A stretch of DNA of 64,000 nt from Eledone cirrhosa (Eukaryota). Of the stretch, positions 39,806-53,875 are shown piece by piece. A program made the translations under genes and the position numbers. Within the stretch, counting starts at the first letter, position 1, and each line of letters begins with the position of its first letter. The DNA lies in the NCBI GenBank assembly GCA_964016885.1, contig OZ024751.1:16368001-16432000 (forward strand), read 5' to 3'. Below the pieces are notes generated by a model. The model saw nothing but the letters and a program-made list of their open reading frames with translations. It made no database searches and was not told the DNA's origin.

Positions 39806-41810
39806 TATATATATATATATATATATACATTACACACACATATATATATATATATAATATATATATATACACATCACATTGATACACTCTGAAAGCAACG
39901 TATCCTTATAAAATTGCTATATAAATATAATATAGACATTTCACAAAATATTGAATGACACATTGCTTTACGTGGTATTATTTTTCTCTATACAGGCATA
40001 TGTTAACATGGTCACTATACAAGTGTATCTGACATGACATGGTGCCTATATAATAAAACAATAAGGCATTGGTACTGGTTTTAGCTCTCTGCTATCCGCT
40101 GATTTGAAATGTCTCAGGGTCAACTTTGCCTTTCATCCTTTCGAGGTCGATGAAATATTTGCCAATCTAGTACTGATATCGATTCTCTCTCTCTCACACA
40201 TACATACACATACTCTCTCTCTCCCTCTCCCTCTCTTTCTCTCCCTCACTCTCTCTCTCTCACACTCTCTCTCTCTCTCTCAACCTCCCCTTGAAAGACG
40301 GTGTGCTCCGTGAGGTTTAAATTTTCTTGACTCACTGTATTTCACGACGGCTCAAATACGCCTACTTAAGATGTTTTGAATCAATACACACATACATAAT
40401 ATAACAAAATATGTTAAAACGGTAGGTAAATACTGCAAAGCATTACTTCAATAACGCTGGAGCTTTAGAATAAGATCACTTCAGATATTTGAAATACCAG
40501 AATTTGAAATTTGAAAATGTCTTCAGCAAAGGGCAAATAAAAACAGGATTGAATTAAATACACATTAACTTCAGAAACATAGGGTAACTGTTTCTGAAAC
40601 TTTACAAATAGTTACTTTCTGCAATGGCTGCTGTTGTACACAATACTCTTAAGACAAATTCTAAAGATTCAATATTCGCCTACGGTAAATTCTGCCTCAT
40701 GTAAAATACCAAGTATTTCAACAACTTATAATTCTAATGCTTTCGGATCACAAAAGAATACCACATCCTAGTCGTTGTTATTAAATGGCTCAATTATTTC
40801 TTCCTGGTGTAATTATAACATATTTCAGTTTCATCACAAGATCTCACATCAAGTTCCTTGCAAACATCTATAACTCAGATGATGTTCAAGGAGGTTCTTC
40901 TCCAAACAACAAGGATATACACAGTTTTACGTCAAACTGATAAATCCTCCATCACAATATACAATATACACGTGGAGCAAAGAATTATTTGGGAAACAAA
41001 GACGATTTCATTGTCAAATGTTTGGCGCATCAAGATTTTAAAACCTATAAAACCATGTGGTGATTACGATGTTGGTGAGGCGGGTTCCACAACTTAATAA
41101 ATAGATCTCTGGATCAAATCAATAGAAATTATTCAAAAGCTCATTCGCTTACAGAGTGGGGTCATACACGTCAAATCAGACCCAGGCACGACGTTTCCAT
41201 TGGTCTTTCTATTGCTAATACTATCTACCGGTTGCAGCTCTTGGCATTAGGTTCAACATGAAATAAAGAGTCTTTCTGGAGGACATATCGCATCGCCCGG
41301 TCCGGGAATCGAACTCACAAAGTCATGCTTGCAAATCCAGCTCTCCAACTCTTAAAACTTGCTTAGATAAAGAGTTGTAATCATTTACAAATATATATTA
41401 ATACATACATATTTATATATAGACAATCATTTGAATATACAATAACAAAGCACGCATAGAAAAGCTACTACACATACATCTAAAATGTATAACGATAATA
41501 TGTACACACACAGAAACACACATGTGTGTACATACATAAATACATACATACATACTCTCATGCATACATGAATAAAGATGTACATACATAAATATATAGG
41601 TACATACATAGATACGTATGTACATATATGTAAGCATACTTACCTACATATCTATACGCATGCATACATATATACAATACATTTATACCTCCGCGCATGC
41701 ATGCATACATATACACATAGATATATACATTTTCACGGTCTAAGATATGTTTAAAATCCAATTAAAGTGAGCCTAAGGAAATATGTAACACATTTCATAA
41801 CGTATAGGAT

Positions 41811-41865
<55 letters not shown>

Positions 41866-41925
41866 TATACACACACACATACAAACCTAGACATATATAC
41901 ATATATATATATACACATACACACG

Positions 41926-41988
<63 letters not shown>

Positions 41989-43152
41989 TTATGAGTTCTT
42001 AATGTTCGTGATGACACATTTTAGTTTACTTTAGAAAACATTACAATATCTATTGAATATATCTGTGGCAGCTGCTTAGATACCTTTAGGAGAGCCACTT
42101 CAAAGTCTTCAAATTCTTTGATCCGTTGTAAGCAGTTTTGTTTATTATTTTTATTACCAATGTATCGCTTAGTTGTGTGATCATGTTATATCACTCATAA
42201 AATCGTCCATTTTGTTTAATGTGTTCTCTTGATGGCTTTTTTCCGCCTTAGTGAACAACCAATGTATATAGTTATTCTTCAGCTGTATAACGAAGACATT
42301 TTTTTCTCCTACTTTCTGACAGTATTACTAATACATAGGCGCCGGCAAGGATGAATGCTTGAGGGGTTAGCTTTGGACCCACATACTTTCGGGTTCAATC
42401 ACACTCATTGGTGCTACTGTTATGTATATTCTACCTTCACCCTGTGTTGAGCAAAGCTTTGTAAGTGTGATTTGGTAAACACACACAGTGTGGAAGCTAC
42501 ACTCACATGCAGCCCCACTCACACACACAAGGACACACTTACACACACACACACACACACGCGCACGCATATTTATATGTTTAGGTTTATATATTTAGGT
42601 TTAGAACTGTTTCATTCGTATTGAATTATCAGGAATATATTGATGATTTCATACGAATGAAACAGTTCTAATTCTGTAAACCTTATACCTATATAAAATA
42701 TATAAACCACGTCTCTACTATGGTATTATCGAACTGTAGTCATTTTCCGATCTCCCTCTCTGTCTCTCTCTCTCTATATCGACAGATAAGGGGGATGAGG
42801 AAAAGGCCAGAGTTAAATACAGTTAATTACTCAATAGTAGGTAGAGAAGAAGCTAATATATTTTATATAGGAATTACTTTTATGGAAATAGAACTGCATG
42901 CGTATGTGCGTGTGTTTATGTGTCTTTGTATATTTTACTGTTTCTTTATTTCCCGTAATATACACAGTCTCCACCACCACAAAAATAGACGTCGATAAAC
43001 TAAGTACAATTAATGGGTTGATATAGTCGATTAAATAGCTTAAATAGCTTTGAAGGTGATGGCTCAACATGGCTGCAATGTAATGATCAAATAAAAGTAT
43101 AAAAGGATATAGTAAAAGAATTTTACTGATATAACAAATATTAACAGGTGCA

Positions 43153-43874
43153 TCATAATATAATAAAGGGAGGAATACGGGACTGTGTCCTGAATATATA
43201 TTTTTTTTATTCCGCTAGTAAAATAAGCTGGATTACTTTGAATAAATAATTGTTTCTACTTTAGGCACAAGGCCAGCAATTACCCAGTGCATTACTGGTA
43301 CTTTATTTTATCGACCCTGTAAGGATGAAAGGCAAAGTCAACCTCGGCGGGATTTGAACAAAGCATGGCGTCCGAACCTCTACCGATACTGCCAGAATGA
43401 ATATTACATAACTTATGTACTAAATTTCGTAGCTGTTGATTAAACATAAATATTCTTATATAAAATGATAGCTTATTTTAAGATTCACTTCTTTTAAAAT
43501 TTTCAAATGTCAATACTTCCGGTTATGATATAATGGACGCTATATCACATATCGTTTATATAAACGTTCATATATTTGCATCGTTATAATCATAACGTTT
43601 ACATTTCCATCGCTAATTTTCTCCTTTTTCGTTTTCATTACATTTTACCAAAATGCAGTTTATTTATAATATCGTTTTTTGAAAATCTAACATGGATTAC
43701 TTTACTGATTACAGAAGAGAGTGTAACACAGTCTCTCTTCAATTTCTGTGTTTATTGTCAATTACGATTTTATTTGATGTATCATATTTAAATGCATGTA
43801 TATGTGTGTATAATATCAATATGCACACTACATATGCTAGCAGAAAACCAGCCAAAGGGTGGTTTTGCTGCTAG
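43153..43874 (+). mobile_element. Second copy of that Helitron-like family, interrupted by a deleted SINE (43248-43394, minus)
   Basis: Shares TAGTAAAATAAG.TGGATTA.TTTGAATAAATAAT, TACTAAATTTCGT.GCTGTTGATTAAA and TACGATTTTATTTGATGTATCATAT. Ends in a hairpin plus CTAG|T. Confidence 0.62.
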
Positions 43875-44021
43875 TGTATATATAAATAGCGACGAAGTAT
43901 CATACATTTTCTTCGTGATAAACCACCGAAATTGTTCGAGTATTCATTGTTTTATTACACAAGTCGTATTGCGTCTATACCCATAAAATCGGGTCTGTTA
44001 CACCAACGATATATTTACTTA

Positions 44022-45270
44022 GACGGTGATGGATTGGTAGTATCGGTAGAGCGTTGGACAACATGCTGAGTGGCATATAGTTACATCCCTTTACGCTCTA
44101 AGTTCAAATCCTGCCTATGTTAGCTTTGCCTTTTATCCTTACGAGGTTGATAAAATAAACTATCTGTAATGTACTGGTGTTGTTTAATCGACTCTCCTCC
44201 TTCTCTTCAAATTTCTGGCCTTGAGCCCAATTTAGGAGCCGTTATATTTATTTAGAGGGTGGTAGATTGGCAGTATCGGTTGACATAGAGTTACTGCCAT
44301 TTACGTTCTGAGTTCAAATCCAGCCGATGTTAGCTTTGCTTTTCATCATTAGGAGGTCGATAACATAAAATAACAGTAATGCACTGGGGTCATTTTAATA
44401 GACTTTGCCTTTCCCCAAAATTGCTGGCCTTGTGCCTATATAAAAAACCCCATTATTATTAGTAGTATCGGTAGAGCGTCGGGCATGATAAGTGGCATAG
44501 AGTTACGAACCTTTACGTTCTGAGTTCAAATCCGGCCGAGCCTAGCTTTGCTGTTCATGCTTAGGGGGTCGATAAAATAAGGCCCAGTAATGCACTGGGG
44601 CCGATTTAATCGACTTTCCCTTTCCCCCAAAATTGCTGGCCCTGTGCCTATATAAGAGACCATTGTTATTAGGATGGTGGATTGGCAGTATCGGTAGAGG
44701 GTCGGACGCCATGCTTAGCAGCATAGTTACGTCCCTTTACGATCTGAGTTCAAATCCCGCCGAGGTTCACTTTGCCTTTCATCCTTACGGGGTCGATAAA
44801 ATAAAGTACCAGTAATGTACTGGGATAATTGCTGGCCTTGTGCCTAAAGTAGAAACAATTATTAAGATGGTGGATTGGCAGTATCGGTTGAGCGTCAGAC
44901 ATTATAAGTGGCATAGAGTTACGGCCCTTTACGTTCTGAGATCAAATGCCATCGAGGTTAACTTTGCCTTCCATCCTTACGGGGTCGATAAAATAAAGTA
45001 CCAGTAATGCACTGGGATAATTGCTGGCCTTGTGCCTAAAGTAGAAACAATTATTAAGATGGTGGATTGGCAGTAACGGTAGAGCGTCAGACATTATAAG
45101 TGGCATAGAGTTACGGCCCTTTACGTTCTGAGATCAAATTCCGGCGAGGTTAACTTTGCCTTCGATCCTTACGCAGTCGATAAAATGAAGTACCAGTATT
45201 TCACTGGGGGTCGATTTAATCGACTTTCCCTTTCCCAAAAATTGTTCGCATTGAACCTAAGTCAGACAAT
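44022..45270 (+). mobile_element. Head-to-tail cluster of about 6 SINE copies
   Basis: Repeated A box/B box/core units starting near 44022, 44255, 44460, 44672, 44867 and 45057. Confidence 0.88.
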
Positions 45271-45718
45271 TTAGCCACTAACTCATTTGTTAACGAGCGA
45301 AAGAAAATGTGTAATATATGTCTGTTAAACTATTGAAAAAAAAAAAATTAATCGCCTAAAGAAGAATTGGCTTCAATCATATTCTTCTTCTCTTTCGCGT
45401 CTCTTCCATAAAAGCAAATGTTAAGAATTCGTAAACAGATCAATCATATATTTATTTTTTACATTTTGGGGAATTTTTTTTATTACTTCAACTATGAACT
45501 AGAACCGCTCTATCAAGACTTTCATTTAAAAAAAATTATTGATATTTTAAAAGTAAAATGTTTTTGAAATGTCAGCACTCAATCTATAAATAATATCAAG
45601 CTTAGATGTGGTGTACCGAATGTCACATCGTGCGCCCCCCCCCCACATACACACATGTATATATATATATATATGTATATATATTCATACATGCATATAT
45701 ATATTCATACATAGATAC

Positions 45719-45772
<54 letters not shown>

Positions 45773-46018
45773 GCATACATATATATACATATATATATAT
45801 ACATGCATACATTATATATAATACATGTATATACATGCATACGTACATGCATACATTTTAATATATATACATATATATGTATATACATACATACATTCAT
45901 ACATATATATACATATGTATATGCATACATATATATATATATATGAATATACGTCCACACATAAATTCATACATATATATATATTTATATATATATATAT
46001 ATATATACATATATACAT

Positions 46019-46083
<65 letters not shown>

Positions 46084-46721
46084 CAATCGTACTTTCATAC
46101 ATAATATATATATATATATACATACGTACATTTATTCATTTATATATATATATATATACATATACGTACATTATTTCATTCATAAAAATTGCATAAATGA
46201 ATATAGAAAAAAAATATTTAATAAAATCTTAATTGAAATGTCCCTGTACGTTGGAGGAGAAAGAAATGCAAATCCAGCGGCGAATGCAAATCTCAAAGAA
46301 AAGCAAAAATAATTTTCAGAAATTCGGAATATCTTAAAGTTAATTATTTTACTTTGAGGAATATCTGGTTTTATCTGTAGCTAGGAGATAACTAGAGACG
46401 TGTAGTGGTTTATTTGAGAGTAATCAACATAGTAGAAGCTAGTAGAATCTAGCTGATTATTTGTCATATAGGTTTATATGAAGAAAAAGTTTTAGATTAT
46501 TGCTTAGGTAATTGGCATACGGAAACTCTGCGGAAGTCCGCACTCTATTTCCTTTTCCTGACCGCTTGCCTAGCTTTGATAAACGCCAACCAGCTTCCCT
46601 ACCTTCTTTCGCCGAAAAAAAAAAAAAAATGAAGTAAGTGACATAGTCACTACTTTAAAACTGATAGCCTATGGTCTTCTAAATGTTTTTAATTAAACAT
46701 ACGGTATATTGCCAAACATAA

Positions 46722-46757
<36 letters not shown>

Positions 46758-46767
46758 ATATGTGTGG

Positions 46768-46860
<93 letters not shown>

Positions 46861-46900
46861 CGTGTGTGTGTGCGTGTGTGTGTGCGTGCGTACTAATAGT

Positions 46901-47100
46901 AGACTTCTGATTGATATATCAGTCCCAACTGACGACAACATTTCTACCAAGGAAATGGAGAAACTATCCAAATATAAAGATCTGGAGATAGAAATAACCC
47001 GAATGTAGATGTTGAAGTCAGAAGCAATACCATAATTATAGGTGTTCTGGGAATTATAAAAATGCACGCAGACAGATACATCGTATGAAGAGTACTCTCA
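46901..47100 (+). mobile_element. Degenerate RLE endonuclease fragment (R4/Dong/NeSL-like)
   Basis: LLIDISVPTDDNISTKEMEKLSKYKDLEIEITRM*..GVLGIIK matches the PD-(D/E)xK RLE region. It contains a stop and a frameshift. Confidence 0.72.
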
Positions 47101-47192
47101 ATACAATAGAACAAACACCACCAAAATCCACACTCCACATGCCCAAGGCACATTGAGCTGCGCTCAGTAATGCAATGATAACACGCAAAATA

Positions 47193-47540
47193 ATGATTTC
47201 TAGTATAGGCACAAGGTCAGTAATTTGGGCGGGATTTGATCTCAGACCGTAAAGGACCGTAACTCTATGTTGCAAAGCATGGTGTCTGACCTTACCTATA
47301 CTGGCAATCCACCGCATTTTTAGATAACGCGCGTAATAACAATGGTTTCTTATGTAGGCACAAGGCCAGCAATTTTGGGGGGAGGGTAGAGTCGATCAAA
47401 TCGACTTTAGCATGGTAGTGGTGCCTTATTTTATCGACCCCGTAAGGATGAAAGGCAAAGTTAACCTCGGCGGAATTTTAACTCAGACCGTAAAGGACTG
47501 TAACTATATGCTGCAAAGCATGGCGTCCGACCCTCTACCG
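47193..47540 (-). mobile_element. Two SINE copies, the first internally deleted
   Basis: Reverse-complement matches, each followed by AGATAACGCGC. Confidence 0.8.
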
Positions 47541-47637
47541 AGATAACGCGCAAAATAATAATGATAATAATTATATATATTCTCTTTTATTCTTTTACCT
47601 GTTCAAGAATTACATCTCATCCTGGTGGGGATATATG

Positions 47638-47746
<109 letters not shown>

Positions 47747-47799
47747 TTGAAAAAATGTACCTAACTGTACCAAGGATTTCACACATTTACCAATATATA

Positions 47800-47835
<36 letters not shown>

Positions 47836-47837
<2 letters not shown>

Positions 47838-48736
47838 ATAAAATAACAGATTAAAGTTTATGCAAAGAATCGCTGCTTTCACCCTTAACGGGATCTTCTG
47901 AAACTAACAAAGTCAATCTGTGAACGCACAGACACATATATATATATATAAATATATATATATTTGTATATATATTTTTGTGTGTGTTTGGTGTATACAT
48001 TCGTATGCGTGCGGTTACAGGCGTTGAGTGGGTTCTGTATGTGCGTGTAGGTGGGTTTTTTTTTGTGTGTACGTGCGTGTATTTGTATACCTATGGCGAG
48101 TGTTTTCGCGTATGCTTGTGTATGTACGTATTTGGATGCGTGTTTGTATTTATTTAATTTCAATTACCTCTGTATTTTATTTATTCTTAACTCTGAAGCG
48201 GAGAATCATTCGGTTTCCTAGTTAGAATTTTAGTCTACGACTTCAGCTATACCATTTACGTGGTTTTGTCTTTGCGTGCAATTGTTCTCCCCCCTCCACA
48301 TATGACGTATTATCTTCGTTTTTTCCGTTCATTGCCTGAGAACGTCTCTATGAACGACCTAAGAGAATATTAGTCTACGACTTCTTTTATACCATAAACG
48401 TGGTTCTGTCTTTGCGTGTAATTGTTTTTCACCGCTCCAAATAATGACGTATTATATTCGTTTTTTCTCGTTCTTTGCCAGGGAACGTTTCCACGAACCA
48501 AAGTATCGTCTTCCTGTCTTCCTCCGGTTGCAACGTTTTTTGAAATATTCACTTCTGCGTTCACAGATTGACTTTGTTAGTTTCAGAAGATCCCGTTAAG
48601 GGTGAACGCAGCGATTCTTTGCTTAAACTTTAATCTGTTATTTTAATAAATATTTGCTCTACGGTTCATATATATTTGATATATATTTTTTCTTATCGAG
48701 CCATCTTTGGATTTTAGTCTTCAAATTTATTATTAT

Positions 48737-48741
<5 letters not shown>
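47836..48741 (+). mobile_element. Naiad-like pLTR remnant with an inverted 5' segment and an internal duplication of about 140 bp
   Basis: 47836-47927 is the reverse complement of about 48556-48650. 48230-48350 is repeated at 48370-48490. The 3' end matches 24790-24900 and 12500-12573. It is TA-flanked. Confidence 0.6.
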
Positions 48742-48778
<37 letters not shown>

Positions 48779-48965
48779 ATGTTAGACCCCGACGGCAGAG
48801 CCCAAGCCGTTTCGATTGCTATTTCTGGAGTCCAGAAATAGCCGTCGAAACGGCTTGACCACTGCCGTCGGGGTCTAACATTTTCCTATTACCCACTCTA
48901 CTACTCTAAGTTTTGAGTACCCTGGTGCGTTATGGTCTATCTGGTTCCTTACCACACCTCCTTCG

Positions 48966-49023
<58 letters not shown>

Positions 49024-49324
49024 GGGGAGCAAATAGAGATCGATAAAAGAAGTCCCAGACTTGGAAACGTAAAGTACTGAGGTCGATATGATTGATTAAT
49101 CAAAATAAGTGCTATCCCAGCATGGCAGCGCTTTAATAACCGATGCAAGTAATTGTAAAAGAAAGTAAAACAACATTTTTTTTTCAGTCAGAAACTCACT
49201 ATTCAGCAATTCCACGATTGACAGAATATTTTATTGATTCAAAACCTCATGTTCAATTGTATAATGTTTCGAAACAAAAACGAGAGAAAGAGACAAAAGG
49301 TTGAGAGGTGTTAGAAAGATTCTT

Positions 49325-49454
49325 TTTATTATTAGCTAGACGGTAAAATCTGTTTATTATTAGCTAGACGGTAAAATCTGTTTATTATTAGCTAGACGGT
49401 AAAATCTGTTTATTATTAGCTAGACGGTAAAATCTGTTTATTATTAGCTAGACG
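49325..49454 (+). repeat. Minisatellite, about 4.6 x 28 bp
   Basis: Unit TTTATTATTAGCTAGACGGTAAAATCTG. Confidence 0.93.
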
Positions 49455-49457
49455 TGA

Positions 49458-50640
49458 GGGCGGTGGATTGGCAGTATCGGTAGATGGTCGGATGCCATGT
49501 TTTAACATAGAGTTACGGTCCTTTACGGTCTGAGTTCAAATCCCGCCGGGGTTAACTTTGCCTTTCATCCTTACGGGGTCGATAAAATAAAGTACCAGTC
49601 ACGCACTGGGGCCGATCTAATCGACTTTCCCCTCCCCCCAAATTACTGGCCTTGGCCTATACTAGAAATCATTGACAGTATCGGTAGAGGGTCGGACGCC
49701 ATGCTTTGACGCATAGAGTCACGGCCCTTGCCATTCTGAGTTCAAATCCCGCCGAGGTTAACTTTGCCTTTCATCCTTACGGGGGCGATAAAATAAAGTA
49801 CCAGTAATGCACTGGGTAATTGCTGGCCTTGTGCCAAAAGTAGAAACAATTATTAGCTAGATGTGAGTGTAGTGCATTGGCAGTATCGGTAGAGCGTCGG
49901 ACACTATGATTTGCAGCATAGATTTACAGCTCTTTATGACCTGAGTTCAAATCCCGCCGGGGTAACTTTGCATTTCATCCTTACGGGGTCGATAAAATAA
50001 ATCATCAGTAACGTACTGGGGTCAATTTACTCGACTTTCCCCTCCCCAAAATTGCTGGCCTTGTCCCTATACTAGAAATCATTATTAGCTAGATGTGAAG
50101 GGCGGTGGATTGGCAGTATCGGTAGAGGGTCGGACGCCATGCTTTCCAGCATAGTTACGTCCCTTTACGATCTGAGTTCAAATCCCGCCGAGGTTGACTT
50201 TGCCTTTCATCCGTACGGGGTCGATAAAATAAAGTACCAGTAATGCACTGGGTAATTGCTGGCCTTGTACCTAAAGTAGAAACAATTATGCAGGGCGGTG
50301 GATTGGCAGTATCGGTAGAGGGTCGGACGCCATGCTTTCCAGCATAGTTACGTCCCTTTACGATCTGAGTTCAAATCCCGCCGAGGTTGACTTTGCCTTT
50401 CATCCTTACGGGGTCGATAAAATAAAGTACCAGTAATGCACTGGGTAATTGCTGGCCTTGTGCCTAAAGTAGAAACAATTATTAGCTAGATGTGAGTGTA
50501 GTGAATTGGCAGCATCGATAGAGCGTCGAATAACATGCTTTGCAGTATGTAGTTGCGGTTCTGTGTGTTCTGATTTCAAATTCTACCGAGTTTAGCTTTG
50601 CCTTACATACAACATTGGGGCGTTTTAATCGACGTTGTCC
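49458..50640 (+). mobile_element. Head-to-tail cluster of about 6 SINE copies
   Basis: Units near 49458, 49671, 49870, 50100, 50293 and 50500. The 50100 and 50293 copies are nearly identical. Confidence 0.88.
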
Positions 50641-50831
50641 ATCCTATGAAAAAATAGATCTTTGTCTACATATTTATTAAGAGAACAATACATCATTGGG
50701 TAATATCTTACGTGACCCTAGATCTTAGATATGTACAACTGACGTGGAGAGCTAAATCCTGATTATAACAGATATATTTTGTAGCGATATAAATGATAAT
50801 TTGATAATTAATCAAACAATGATAATTAAGA

Positions 50832-50876
<45 letters not shown>

Positions 50877-50877
50877 T

Positions 50878-50929
<52 letters not shown>

Positions 50930-51930
50930 GGGTGCGTGTCCGAGTATGTACGTATGAAAATATATATGTCTGGACCGATAAATCCAGAATGAGACTTATG
51001 GCAGACGGCGTGACAAATGTCGTGGCTTGGCAACTTTTAAACATGGCGTAGCTCATCAATCTTCAGGTGTAGACAGATCCAATTTCTCAAAGAGAGGGAG
51101 AGAGATCGATGTGGAAGAGGGTGGGAGAGAGAAAGGAAAGAAAGTGATGGGAGATAGCGGATAAGAGAGAGAACAAGAGAGAGAGAGAGAAACAGAATCG
51201 TCCTCAGTAATTGATAACGACTACTTTTTGTCTGAAGTTGGAAAGGAGAAGGGGCAAACGTGATCTCGGATCTCGGCGGGATTTGAACTTAGAGCTCAGA
51301 GAACTGGAACAAATGCATATAGGGAAGCATTCATCATATCGGATGTTCAAACGACTTTGCCGCTTCGTCACCATCATTCTAAATATAGTCAAACAAATTA
51401 TTGACTCTCTTTGTCTCCTCATCAGACCAACGAAGCCTCGCAAAACCTAATACTATAAACTTTCAACACTTACATCTTAAACAAGATTAAGTTAGTTACT
51501 GACTACAATGTCCATAGGTAGAGTTGACAGACTCGCTCCTGTTCTCGTAATGCGATTTAATTTACTTTACTCTGACAGGGATGAAATACAAATTCGATTT
51601 CTGGCAATAGTTCAATACATATGATAGAGCAGTGGGACTTGCCGCCAGCAAAATTAATTACGTTAAACTTGTATAGACACGATGACGATAATAGAATTTA
51701 GTTTTAAATCATATTGCAACTGAAGAATTTATTTCCCTTCGCTCCAGATCACCATTTTTGTTTATATAACTAGTTAGATACGTGTATACATATTACATGC
51801 ATATGTAAGTACATACATAATTATCTACATATATGTTTACGCATATACATACAGGTATACATAGATAAGTACATGCATACATACGTACTTACGTCGTGCA
51901 CACAATCATGCATAACTATATGAACAAAAA

Positions 51931-52641
<711 letters not shown>

Positions 52642-53121
52642 ATATATTAAAATATTAAAATTTTATCGAAAATAAATTTAATAATGCAAGATATATCTTC
52701 TTTGACTTTAGTTCAGCTCATATTTTCCCCCTTCTATTTTTTTCCATCTCTTATTCTCATTGGAAAGTGGAAGAAGATTATTTATAATCAGCTTTCTTTT
52801 GTTTTCTGTCTGATTTATCTCCTTCTCCAACAAAGATTTCCACATGATATCTTTTTTGATATTCCCCATCTATGTTATATGTACCTATATATTTTGTTAC
52901 ACTATATTTATGTATCTTTCCCTTCCAGTCTTTCATACGTATGTAGTTGATGGCTGAGAGAAAAGAGTTCTCAATACAGAAGTAGAGTTATATATTCATT
53001 TTATGAAGGCTAAATAGAGTCTTGTTTCTCTGGAGTTTCTCTAGCTTATACATAAACAGGTGAAATTCAAGATTAACACGACTCACTATTTAGCCTTAAT
53101 AAAGTCAATATATATATATAT

Positions 53122-53532
53122 CATCATCATCATCACTCGTCGACTACTGTCGAGATAATGGATCTCACTCTCATGCCCCAGAATCCCCTGTCCCCCATCG
53201 CTGCCCCCAGGTCCTGTCTGCTGATTCCCGTATCCCTAGAGATAACGTCAGGGAATGACAGCTTCCTACTCCTAGTCAGGCTGGAGTCAGGGTTCCAGAG
53301 CAAGAGAGCGGATATGATTTAATTGCTGGCACGGTGACAGTGGCCAGCAAATTGAGCTCTCCGGGATTTGAGAAGGGCAGAGGCTCGAGGGAGCTTGCCA
53401 TAGATTTTAGACAAGGTGGGATGTCGTTTCCAGGATAGGTTTTGCACTCTCATTAAGAGGCGGGTATATGTGCCATCCAATCTCCTCTCAAGTTGTGATG
53501 TTAGTGTCCAAGTTTCGGATCCATAACGTAAT
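53122..53532 (-). mobile_element. 5'-truncated RTE element (second family) with a (TGA)n tail
   Basis: Minus strand reads YGSETWTLTSQLERRLDGTYTRLLMRVQN...RRAQFAGHCHRA..RDTG..AMGDRGFW, then TGATGATGA. It contains one internal stop. Confidence 0.8.
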
Positions 53533-53560
53533 ATGCTATCTATCTATCTATCTATCTATC

Positions 53561-53833
53561 TTGATAGTGGCGAGAATGGCTCGTGTAAATGGGCCTTCTC
53601 TGTATACCATCCTGTAGGTAAAGAAGTAAAGGAGAGGGGAGCACCTTCTCCATGTGCTCCCCGGGCAAAGGATTGCACACTTTTTCGGGGGTGTGTGCAA
53701 CCCCCATCACGTCCCCTCCCTTTTGAGGTTATTTTCGATTATTTTCATGTTACACCCTTTTTACTCGATTGTATGTAAACTCTCCCTTTGTATTTGTCCC
53801 TTCTTTTTATGCCTTTATGGTAAATAAAGAAAT
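53561..53833 (+). mobile_element. Short 3'-end copy of a related Tx1 subfamily in the same (TATC)n array
   Basis: AGTGGCGAGAATGGCTCGTGTAAATGGGCCTTC matches about 56377-56409. It has a similar 3' UTR ending AATAAAGAAATA(TATC)n. Confidence 0.85.
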
Positions 53834-53834
53834 A

Positions 53835-53873
<39 letters not shown>

Positions 53874-53875
53874 TT

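Noticed and set aside
40380-41100. Possible decayed transposase or exon (ORF 40858-41097)
   Set aside because: No diagnostic motif was found by eye.
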